32,000 nt of DNA from Candidatus Scalindua sp. (lineage in GTDB: Bacteria; Planctomycetota; Brocadiia; Brocadiales; Scalinduaceae), in contig JALDRA010000001.1 of NCBI GenBank assembly GCA_031316235.1, positions 1,980,001 through 2,012,000 of the forward strand. The letters run 5' to 3'. Position 1 is the first letter of the stretch; every line of letters starts with the position of its first letter. The translations under genes were made by a program, and so were the position numbers. This document shows positions 24,761 through 32,000 of this stretch, piece after piece. The notes under the pieces were generated by a model. The model searched no databases. It was not told the origin of the DNA and saw only the letters and a list, made by a program, of their open reading frames with translations.

Positions 24761-26377
24761 GTGAAAAGGATATCTGGCTTCGTAATAACTCCGGTATTAA
24801 TCCTTGTCTTAACTGCTCAGATAACCTTTGCTGCCAGTATTGCAGAGCTTGAAATCAGGGCCAACCAGGGAGATGGTGAGGCAATGTATGAACTGGCAGA
24901 GATGTATCAGAATGGTGTGGGAGCATTACAGAATTACGTGGAAGCACACAAATGGTACAATATAGCTTCATCCCGTGGATATGTAAAAGCCCGCAATGCC
25001 CGTGACATTATTGCTGAAAAAATGATAGACGAACAGCTGGCTGAAGCGCAGAAACTTGCTGCACAATGGGAACCGTCTGAGAGTAAAGTGTCTGAAACTG
25101 AAACCAAAAACAAAAAACAATTACTGCTTGAGGAACTATTCAAGGCAATCCACGATAGTGATGGAGATAAATTACAGGCGTTATTGGATTCCGGAGCTGA
25201 TCCAGACACTGAAATATTTACAGGAGTTCCCCTCCTGATGGTTGCTGTGGGTGAAAACAAGAAGCCGATCGTTGAGGCTCTTGTTAATGGCGGAGCTGAC
25301 GTAAATGTAATGATCAAGAAGGGTTTGACGCTTTTAATGATCGCGATCAAAGACGGTCATAGTGATATTGCAAAGTATTTAATAGAGCAGGGAGCGAATC
25401 TGGACGTGATAAGTGATAACGGTTCCACTGCTTTATCACTGGCAAAGTCCAAAGGATTTGATGATGTCGTAAAGCGTATCAAAAAGGCAGGGGGAAAGGA
25501 TGAACAGGGAGGAAAAGGGCAGATTCCCGGAGATATTATTGCGGTGGTTAAGAAGGGTGATGTTGAAAGAGTAAAAGAATTATTAGCCTGGGGAGCAGAC
25601 CGGAATAAGACCGATAGGAAAGGATGGTTTCCTCTCATGTTTGCCGCCTTTGCCGGGCATGAAGAAATCGTTGCAGTACTCATAAACTCCGGAGTTCAAA
25701 TAAACACAAAGGCGACTGACGGCTCAACAGCACTAATGGCCGCCACGCTGCAAGGACACTATTCAATAGTAAAACTCCTGCTGGAAAAAGGTGCAGATAA
25801 AACAGTCGAAAATAATAGTGGCGCAACAGCTCTCGATATAGCCAGGCAGAAAGGGTATGATGAGATTGCGGGGCTTTTAACCATTAAATTACGCTCAACG
25901 TATAGTAATCTCTCATATGATCAGGTAAAGGCAGCACTGAAAAAATACAATTTCTTTGATCAAAACAGGAATCAAACCGGAGAATTTATCAATGATTATG
26001 AGCTGAAGATGATTAACGGTGATGATGTTGTTCTCGATCATATCACGAACCTGATGTGGCATCAGTCAGGTTCTGAAAAAAATATGAAGTGGAAAGATGC
26101 CAAGGAATGGATTGATAATCTGAACAGACGGGTATACGCAGGCTATAATGACTGGCGATTGCCTACTGTGGAGGAAGCAGCATCGTTGCTTGAATCAACG
26201 GAAAACGATGATTTCTTATATATAGACCCTGTTTTCAATATAACACAACGTTTAATATGGACAGGTGACAGCTTTGGTACTCGTGGTGCATGGGATGCAA
26301 ACTTCGTCACCGGCGGCGTTATCTGGCGCTTCACAGACTCAGATCTCCATGCACGTCCGGTCCGCTCCGTCAAATGA
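24761..26377 (+). CDS. Secreted Sel1-repeat / ankyrin-repeat / DUF1566 (Lcl C-terminal-like) protein
   Basis: GTG 24761 lies 5 nt after AAGGAGG and gives the signal peptide MKRISGFVITPVLILVLTAQITFAAS. Sel1-like repeat GDGEAMYELAEMYQNGVGALQNYVEAHKWYNIASSRG. About 6-7 ankyrin repeats (e.g. GWFPLMFAAFAGHEEIVAVLINSGVQIN). C-terminal DUF1566-type segment (NLMWHQ…W.DAKEWIDNLN…GYNDWRLPTVEEAASL…ARPVRSV). Confidence 0.8.
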   Translation: MKRISGFVITPVLILVLTAQITFAASIAELEIRANQGDGEAMYELAEMYQNGVGALQNYVEAHKWYNIASSRGYVKARNARDIIAEKMIDEQLAEAQKLAAQWEPSESKVSETETKNKKQLLLEELFKAIHDSDGDKLQALLDSGADPDTEIFTGVPLLMVAVGENKKPIVEALVNGGADVNVMIKKGLTLLMIAIKDGHSDIAKYLIEQGANLDVISDNGSTALSLAKSKGFDDVVKRIKKAGGKDEQGGKGQIPGDIIAVVKKGDVERVKELLAWGADRNKTDRKGWFPLMFAAFAGHEEIVAVLINSGVQINTKATDGSTALMAATLQGHYSIVKLLLEKGADKTVENNSGATALDIARQKGYDEIAGLLTIKLRSTYSNLSYDQVKAALKKYNFFDQNRNQTGEFINDYELKMINGDDVVLDHITNLMWHQSGSEKNMKWKDAKEWIDNLNRRVYAGYNDWRLPTVEEAASLLESTENDDFLYIDPVFNITQRLIWTGDSFGTRGAWDANFVTGGVIWRFTDSDLHARPVRSVK

Positions 26378-26455
26378 AACCATGTTCGCATGAAGGCTGA
26401 CTGTATGGTGATCGGTATTTATTCTCACCTTATTCTTTTTGCTGGTGGAGGTTGT

Positions 26456-27310
26456 ATGGCTAAAGTTTTAATTGCCGGTTGTGGAGATATTGGTATGGGT
26501 CTGGGTAAAGCGCTCATTGAAAAAGGGAACTCTGTAGTCGGGCTGAGACGCCATCCGCCTGTCGAGAAAATGGGTATTTCCTTTCTTGCAGCAGATGTAA
26601 CAAACCCGGCGACTCTGGAAGGTATGGATACTGATTTTGATCAGGTGTTTTTCGTTGCAGCACCCAGACAGCATGATTTGAATGCTTACAGGGGAATTTA
26701 TGAAGCTGGAGTAGAAAATTTATTTGATACCTTTTCAAAAAATCAACATACTCCGCACTGGATATCAGTATCTTCTACCAGCGTCTATAACCAGGTGCAT
26801 GGAGAGTGGGTTGATGAGGACTCGTTAACTGAAGCGGGAAGGTTTAATGGGCAGTTGCAATTGTTATCGGAAGAGAGAGTTCTGGCTGAGAACAAAAGTA
26901 ATCTGATAGTGCGTTTTTCCGGGATATATGGCCCGGGACGCAGCCGTATGTTAAGGAAGGCCAGTGAAGGCGGCCCGATACAGTTCAGGCCACCTTATTA
27001 TACAAACCGGATTCATAAAGAAGACTGCATCGGTGTATTGATGTTTTTATTCGAAAAAAGAGTCAACGGCGAAAAATTACATTCACACTATTTAGCGAGT
27101 GATGATGAACCGGCCCCGCTGTGGGAGGTGGTTTCATGGCTCGCAAAGCAGCTTAAGCGCAGACAACCTGAAATCAAAGAGGCAGAGCAGGATGCTTCAC
27201 AAAACAAAAGATGCCGAAATAAGCGATTAAAAGAGCTTGGATACCGTTTTCAATATCCAACATACAGAGAAGGGTACCGGTTGCTGGTAAAAGAATTTAA
27301 CCGTTGTTGA
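26456..27310 (+). CDS. NAD-dependent epimerase/dehydratase-family (extended SDR) protein
   Basis: ATG 26456 follows GGAGG and gives MAKVLIAGCGDIGMGLGKAL, a Rossmann motif. The track start at 26390 adds an unlikely hydrophobic leader. Confidence 0.65.
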   Translation: MAKVLIAGCGDIGMGLGKALIEKGNSVVGLRRHPPVEKMGISFLAADVTNPATLEGMDTDFDQVFFVAAPRQHDLNAYRGIYEAGVENLFDTFSKNQHTPHWISVSSTSVYNQVHGEWVDEDSLTEAGRFNGQLQLLSEERVLAENKSNLIVRFSGIYGPGRSRMLRKASEGGPIQFRPPYYTNRIHKEDCIGVLMFLFEKRVNGEKLHSHYLASDDEPAPLWEVVSWLAKQLKRRQPEIKEAEQDASQNKRCRNKRLKELGYRFQYPTYREGYRLLVKEFNRC

Positions 27311-27381
27311 ATGTGTAATTGAAAAAATCAACTATGGCCTCATATTGTGTTTTTTTACCAGACACTCTCTGTACGTTCTCT

Positions 27382-28332
27382 TTACACATGGTTTCTCAGC
27401 ATCAGTTCCACTGGATGAGGCTCGAGGTAGTGCTGTCTTTCCAAGTAAGATACGTTTAATTTTCTCACATAATGGTTAAGCAGGGTAATGGGTACAACAA
27501 GGGGTATCAATTCTTTCCGGTAACTTTCGATGATTCCGAGCAGCTCTTGTTTTTCATCCGTCGTCAAATTCTTTTTAAAATATCCCTGGATATGTTGTAA
27601 GACATTGGTATTCTTCTTAACCGTTGCAATCAGTGTGATGCCCTCCATGAGAATCCTGATATATTCAGGGAGCAGATTTTCAGCCTTCTCTTTTGTTGCA
27701 TTTGCCAGTAAATGTCCGAGGATTGAATAATGTCTTGGACTGTGCCCCATAATAAGAAGCTTATGAGCGGTATGGAAATCTATCAAGTCTTTCATGGAGA
27801 CATCTTTCTTCCGAAATTCCTGCCACCGCTTTAATACGAATATTCTCTCAACAAAGTTTTCTCTGAAACGGGGATTGTGGAGCCGGCCGTCATCCTCTAC
27901 AGGAATGAGAGGAAAATGCTTCATAAAGGCACCTCCGAATATGCCTTTACCCGTTTTCGTTACCGCCCCTGATGGCAAATACACTTTTACACCTCTTATG
28001 CCGGAGCTTGGCGAACCGCACTTGAAGATAAAACCGCAGAGGTTTTCTTTTTCCAGTTTTTTTATCATTTTTTCTGCCCACTGTAACATTCTTTCAGTGT
28101 GATCTATCCCGGTTTTTATCGTTACAAGGCGGGGAGATTCGGGGTTTCCGAACAGATGCATGGGTTCCCTGGGTACAGAAAGACCACATTCCGTTTCAGG
28201 ACAAACAGGGATCCACTCAAAGTACTGCCCGAGGGTATCGGTTATAAACCTGTCAAGCCTGTGATTCCCATCATACCGCACTTTATCTCCCAGCAGACAG
28301 GAGCTTATTCCTATCTTAATCATTTCGAACAT
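27382..28332 (-). CDS. YbgA-like protein (DUF523 + DUF1722)
   Basis: The N-terminal IGISSCLLGDKVRYDGNH is typical of DUF523. The C-terminal half (…DFHTAHKLLIMGHSPRHYSILGHLLAN…) is typical of DUF1722. Confidence 0.7.
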   Translation of the reverse strand: MFEMIKIGISSCLLGDKVRYDGNHRLDRFITDTLGQYFEWIPVCPETECGLSVPREPMHLFGNPESPRLVTIKTGIDHTERMLQWAEKMIKKLEKENLCGFIFKCGSPSSGIRGVKVYLPSGAVTKTGKGIFGGAFMKHFPLIPVEDDGRLHNPRFRENFVERIFVLKRWQEFRKKDVSMKDLIDFHTAHKLLIMGHSPRHYSILGHLLANATKEKAENLLPEYIRILMEGITLIATVKKNTNVLQHIQGYFKKNLTTDEKQELLGIIESYRKELIPLVVPITLLNHYVRKLNVSYLERQHYLEPHPVELMLRNHV

Positions 28333-28435
28333 ACTGTTCAGCCCTTCCTGACTTACAACCTATTCCCATTGGAAGAATATATTTCTGCAATACTAAGGGT
28401 GCAGGATAAAACAACAAGTTATTCTTTCCTGGGCC

Positions 28436-29317
28436 CTAAGAGACGCAATCGCTGACAGCCGTTTCGATTTCCGGAAATAAAAAGGTGAAACCGCTGTCCA
28501 TAAGTTTTTTCGGGATTACGTTCTGACCCTTTGTGAGTATCTGAGAGCCCTCACCCAATTTTAACCGGAGTGCAAACTTTGGTACCCGGAAAAAGGTGGG
28601 TCTGCGGAGTGCTTTTCCCAGTGCATCGGTCAAACCTTTATTTGTCGTGGGTTTGGGTGCAGTAAGATTATATATGCCTTCATACGCAGTATTTTCTATT
28701 ACGGCCTGGTAAGCGCGTATCAGGTCCTTGATATGTACCCATGAGAATGGCTGCATACCATCTCCAATGGTGCCTCCCATACCCAACTTAAAGGGAAAGA
28801 GCATCTTCTTGAGCGCTCCGCCGTCCTTACCCAGGACTACTCCAAAGCGGAAAATAACCGTTCGAATGCCAAGTTTTCCGGCCTTGAGGGCCTCCTGTTC
28901 CCAATCTTCTGCAAGATTACCGAGGAAATCATCGGCTTTCACATAGTGCTCCTCTGTATGCGTTCCCTCTGTGGCATAGTAGCCTATGGCAGAGGTGGAA
29001 ACAAGCAGTTTCGGTTTCTGGCTTGCAAGTGAGCATGCCTGTACAAGCTTTCGGGTAACATCAATCCTGCTCTCATGCAGGGTCTTCTTATACGTTTCTG
29101 TCCATTTTTCTATGATCGGTGCGCCAGCCAGATTAATAAGTATGTCTGCTCCATCCATCCGCTCCGCTATCACCTCGGGGGAAAGCGTAAAATCCTTTCT
29201 CCCGAGAGGCAGAACCTCGTAATTCTCTGCATGAAAGGCACGGGTCAAATTGGATCCAACAAACCCACTTGCACCGCTCATGGCAATTTTATGGTTGATT
29301 TTATCCTCCATGTTCAT
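28436..29317 (-). CDS. TIGR01777/YfcH-like epimerase-family protein (SDR39U1-like)
   Basis: Rossmann motif AMSGASGFVGSNL and a C-terminal DUF1731-like end (…QNVIPKKLMDSGFTFLFPEIETAVSD). It is on the same strand as, and 103 nt upstream of, the YbgA-like gene. Confidence 0.7.
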   Translation of the reverse strand: MNMEDKINHKIAMSGASGFVGSNLTRAFHAENYEVLPLGRKDFTLSPEVIAERMDGADILINLAGAPIIEKWTETYKKTLHESRIDVTRKLVQACSLASQKPKLLVSTSAIGYYATEGTHTEEHYVKADDFLGNLAEDWEQEALKAGKLGIRTVIFRFGVVLGKDGGALKKMLFPFKLGMGGTIGDGMQPFSWVHIKDLIRAYQAVIENTAYEGIYNLTAPKPTTNKGLTDALGKALRRPTFFRVPKFALRLKLGEGSQILTKGQNVIPKKLMDSGFTFLFPEIETAVSDCVS

Positions 29318-29407
29318 ACTCCTTTCGTAAAAATTTGAAAAAATCTTTCGGGTTTAGATTAGATTATATCGGGGTCTCCCTGAATTAATTGCTGATTTCA
29401 ATTACAT

Positions 29408-29446
29408 CTTCACCACTCTCTCTTTCATAAAGAGAGAGTGGTGAAG
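29408..29446. other. Orphan perfect 18-bp hairpin
   Basis: CTTCACCACTCTCTCTTT at 29408-29425 pairs with AAAGAGAGAGTGGTGAAG at 29429-29446, with loop CAT. A T-rich tract follows on the plus strand only. Confidence 0.6.
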
Positions 29447-29486
29447 ATTGCTTGTTTTTAAGGGTACTTTTTCGATTTTGTGGAAA

Positions 29487-29625
29487 CTAACTGATTTTTT
29501 TGAACAATAAACCTGATGCACTGCAGACAGGACATTTGTCAGGAGCACTGTTTTTTTACCGTATTTCCACAAACCTGGCAGACATAGTAATCCACGTACC
29601 CATTGTTTCCTGATACTTCATTATA
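29487..29625 (-). pseudogene. Relic of a rubredoxin-type zinc ribbon (rubrerythrin C-terminus-like), no start codon, frameshifted in an A7 tract
   Basis: The minus strand reads …GYVDYYVCQVCGNTVK, then after skipping one base of the A7 run (plus-strand T run 29551-29557) KNSAPDKCPVCSASGLLFKKIS*. The pattern [YW]xCxxCG…APxxCPxC…F matches rubrerythrin C-terminal domains. No diiron domain lies upstream. Confidence 0.5.
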
Positions 29626-29978
29626 TCATATTTAACTCTATTTTTCTCTATAAAGAAAGAACTGGTGGTGTTAGGAGTTCCCTGCAATCAGTTTGGCAGG
29701 CAGGAGAGCCGGGGACAGAAGCTGAGATAAAAAAGTTTTGTGAGCTTCGCTATGGGGTAATCTTCCCGATGCTGAAGAAAGCTGACGTGAAAAATCCGAA
29801 ACAACACCCACTTTACCACTATCTTTTGGAGCAAAGCAGCTCTTCCAAAGAGATTGTCTGGAACTTTGAAAAGTTTCTGGTAGGGCGCGACGGTCAGATA
29901 AAAAGACGTTTTTCGTCGGGGATAAAACCTCTGAGCAAGGTAATGGTATCTGCCGTAAAGAAGGAACTTGAGAATTGA
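29614..29978 (+). pseudogene. Glutathione peroxidase fragment lacking the catalytic N-terminus, with an internal frameshift
   Basis: One frame reads …KKELVVLGVPCNQFGRQE. After a 2-nt offset at 29707-29708 the next frame reads PGTEAEIKKFCELRYGVIFPMLKKADV…IVWNFEKFLVGRDGQIKRRF…. The GPx motifs FPCNQFGxQEPG and WNFxKFL are present, but the N-terminal NVAS-C/U-G region is absent because an in-frame stop lies at 29611. Confidence 0.7.
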
Positions 29979-30058
29979 AGCTGGCTCATTAAATCCGGGA
30001 TAGAGAGCCAGGCAGATTACGGAAACAAAAATAATCATGAAATAAATAAATGCTGAAT

Positions 30059-30859
30059 TTATTTTTGATAGTATCTCATGGCTTCCGGTATTTCAGCTTT
30101 TATATTTTTGATACGATTTTGATCTGAGGGGTGAGAACTTAATAACTCTGGAATGTTGGCCGAACCCTTCATGGCAGCCATCCTTTCCCAGAATCCGACA
30201 GCGGTGTTGGGATCGTATCCAGCCATGGCCATAAAGATTAATCCTAAATGGTCAGCCTCACTTTCGTGCACTCTGCTGTAAGGCAGCAGGATGCCGTATT
30301 GAGTCCCGACACCAAAAGCGTTCATCCACAATTTCTGTGTTACTTCAGGTCTGCTTTGAAGAGTCATGGATATTGCTGCTGTACCAAATTCAGCGATTAA
30401 ACCATGGCTCATCCGTTCATCGCCGTGTTTTGCAACAGCATGAGCAATTTCATGTCCCATAACGACAGCTAACCCGCTTTCATCTTTTGTAATTGGTAAT
30501 ATACCGGTATAAACGACGACTTTTCCACCCGGCATACACCAGGCGTTTGCCTCGGGATTCTCGATTAAGTTAAATTCCCAGTTGTAATTTTTCAATCTTG
30601 ATGACATCTGGTTGTCAGCCATGTACTTCTCGACAGCTTTCTGTATTCTCCCCCCGACAGACTTTACCATATTTATCTGCGCCTGGTTTGTGCTGATCTT
30701 ATTTGTTTTCAGGAATTCTTCGTATTGCTGAAAACTTGTTGAAAGCATGGTATCTGAAGGAATAATATCCAGCTGCCTCCGTCCGGTCAACGGCACCGAC
30801 GTACAAGATAAAATAAAAAAACACAGTACGATAAAACCAATAAGATTTTTTTTGCTCAC
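30059..30859 (-). CDS. M48-family zinc metallopeptidase lipoprotein (YcaL/LoiP-like)
   Basis: GTG start 9 nt after AAGGAG. Lipobox in FFILSC. HExxH in MGHEIAHAVAKH. A downstream glutamate and SHP motif (ESEADHLG…LLSSHPSDQNR). Confidence 0.85.
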   Translation of the reverse strand: MSKKNLIGFIVLCFFILSCTSVPLTGRRQLDIIPSDTMLSTSFQQYEEFLKTNKISTNQAQINMVKSVGGRIQKAVEKYMADNQMSSRLKNYNWEFNLIENPEANAWCMPGGKVVVYTGILPITKDESGLAVVMGHEIAHAVAKHGDERMSHGLIAEFGTAAISMTLQSRPEVTQKLWMNAFGVGTQYGILLPYSRVHESEADHLGLIFMAMAGYDPNTAVGFWERMAAMKGSANIPELLSSHPSDQNRIKNIKAEIPEAMRYYQK

Positions 30860-30885
30860 GGTTACATTCTCCTTGTCTCTGAATC

Positions 30886-31027
30886 TATACTAAAACCGAT
30901 CAGGTTTCAGGGTTTTCTGGAAACCGGAGCCTGGTTGATGGTATACCCGGACAAAAAGCACCGAGGACCTTACCCGCTCCGGGTTTTTCGGATTTTATCC
31001 GAAAACCATTATAATAAGATGGGTATC
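30886..31027 (-). repeat. Dispersed MITE-like repeat, copy C (full length, inverted orientation)
   Basis: The reverse complement is colinear with copy A along its whole length (…ATGGTTTTCGGATAAAATCCGAAAAACCCGGAGCGGGTAAGGTCCTCGGTGCTTTTTGTCCGGGTATACC…GATCGGTTTTAGTATA). Confidence 0.8.
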
Positions 31028-31101
31028 ATATTCATTAATCTTCTAACAACTTATAATTACTTTCTTCTGAATCACCTCAGCAGTCTCGGTTAAAGCGGGA
31101 T

Positions 31102-31213
31102 TATACTCATCTCATAATGGTTTTCGGATAAAATCCGAGAAAAATTTGAGCGAGTATACCTTCACCAAGATTTGGTTTCCGGTAAAACCGAAAACCAAAT
31201 CGGTTTTAGTATA
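31102..31213 (+). repeat. Dispersed MITE-like repeat, copy B (short form)
   Basis: TATACTCATCTCATAATGGTTTTCGGATAAAATCCGAGAAAAATTTGAGCGAGTATACCTTCACCAAGATTTGGTTTCCGGTAAAACCGAAAACCAAATCGGTTTTAGTATA. Compared with A it lacks a 27-nt internal segment. Confidence 0.8.
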
Positions 31214-31233
31214 TCAATAATTCCCATTTCGTC

Positions 31234-31911
31234 TCAATCATGACTTATCCCCTCTAAATTTGCCGCCCGATTAATGTCGGTATCAATCCATTTTGTATCG
31301 ATGAGACTGGCCATGTGAAATACCGAATCGTCTAAGGTGCATCTCTCAAAGCAGCAACGAATAAAAGTTGCCGCCCTGAAAATAACCTTTTGCAGACGGC
31401 AGTCTACAAAATGGGTATCTACAAACACTGACGAGGGGAACCGGACAAAAAAATAATCTTCCTCCTCAAAGCGGCAATCATGCCACCATGAACCGCTGAA
31501 AGAGACCTCGCTGAAACGGGATTGGCGGAGAGTGCAACCGTAAAAGGTAGACAAACCAAAAGAGCTCAGTGTTCCCGCCGCCATCTCAAACGTGCAATCG
31601 GAAAAATGACTTTCAGAAAGAAACGAATTGTTAACCTCTAAATGGTCCCAGTCACAATTCAGATAATGCCCCTTGTCACAAAGAACATGATCAAGGGTAA
31701 AGTGGTGCAGCCGGCAATCTTCTGCTCTGAGGCAGCGGCACCGCCCGTCTTGCAGTTTATATGACTGTACCGTGCTGCCAATCAATCTGCTGCCGGACAA
31801 ATCCTCCTGTCTCAGCTCCTTATCCGTAAGCGTTTTCTGAAGTATAATCTTTTTATTCCCGTTACTGTCCATTTTCTTGCAAAAGAAATCCGGAATGGAG
31901 ATCTTTATCAA
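31234..31911 (-). CDS. Pentapeptide-repeat-like protein
   Basis: A degenerate five-residue periodicity runs through residues ~60-215 (…CRLHHFTLDHVLCDKGHYLNCDWDHLEVNNSFLSESHFSDCTFEM…FVDCRLQKVIFRAATFIRCCFERCTLDDSVF…). The start is uncertain: TTG 31911 or ATG 31872. Confidence 0.5.
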   Translation of the reverse strand: MIKISIPDFFCKKMDSNGNKKIILQKTLTDKELRQEDLSGSRLIGSTVQSYKLQDGRCRCLRAEDCRLHHFTLDHVLCDKGHYLNCDWDHLEVNNSFLSESHFSDCTFEMAAGTLSSFGLSTFYGCTLRQSRFSEVSFSGSWWHDCRFEEEDYFFVRFPSSVFVDTHFVDCRLQKVIFRAATFIRCCFERCTLDDSVFHMASLIDTKWIDTDINRAANLEGISHD

Positions 31912-32000
31912 ATATGCTCTTTTTACCTGATCGGAAAATTCCCCGGATTACTCTGAGAGTTATGGTCTTTGATCTTTCGGGATATAGGGACGTTCGGAGC

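Noticed and set aside
29551-29557. A7/T7 homopolymer as a programmed ribosomal frameshift site in the zinc-ribbon ORF
   Set aside because: The upstream frame has no start codon and no diiron domain, so the locus looks like a truncated relic. A sequencing error in the homopolymer remains possible but would not restore a full gene.
29688-30038. 116-aa minus-strand ORF
   Set aside because: It is antisense to the glutathione peroxidase relic, whose plus-strand motifs (PCNQFG, WNFEKFL) are unmistakable.
20622-31213. Possibility that the recurring ~30-140 bp repeats are a CRISPR array
   Set aside because: The copies are kilobases apart, in both orientations, of different lengths, and lack regular repeat-spacer periodicity. 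No cas genes are present.

Overview
This window looks like chromosomal DNA from an anaerobic, cytochrome-rich bacterium, most plausibly an anammox planctomycete (Brocadiales-like). That assignment is inferred from gene content, not from any search. The left half (about 4-14 kb) is a nitrite-centred neighbourhood. It holds a minus-strand operon of a secreted diheme cytochrome c plus an octaheme hydroxylamine-oxidoreductase-like protein (eight CxxCH counted), a CBS-pair protein, and a formate/nitrite-transporter (FNT) channel with an unexplained C-terminal extension of about 240 aa. An HPP-family membrane protein follows directly, then a Cache-HAMP-PAS sensor with no output domain, a small membrane-anchored coiled-coil protein, and a class II (c-prime/c-556 type) cytochrome c. 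At the far left are three tandem paralogous FAD-flavoprotein modules. The second and third are joined in frame with no stop codon, and this ORF is missing from the supplied track because it runs off the window. The middle encodes a three-subunit PntAB transhydrogenase and an oxidative-stress cluster: two ferritin-like diiron proteins, a 2-Cys peroxiredoxin, a DUF4149-like membrane protein and a membrane-anchored diheme cytochrome. The right third (about 20.6-31.3 kb) is the most accessory-looking part. A family of small MITE-like repeats, which I do not recognise as any named element, occurs six times in both orientations. One copy abuts a decayed type-II NADH dehydrogenase fragment. One sits in the 5' leader of a secreted Sel1-ankyrin-DUF1566 protein and creates a false upstream start in the ORF track. 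Two form an inverted pair. Also here are head-to-head relics of a rubrerythrin-type zinc ribbon and a glutathione peroxidase, three Rossmann-fold SDR-type proteins, a YbgA-like protein, an M48 lipoprotein peptidase and a pentapeptide-repeat protein. I found no rRNA, tRNA, CRISPR array or intact transposase. All family assignments come from motifs read by eye and need HMM or BLAST confirmation.
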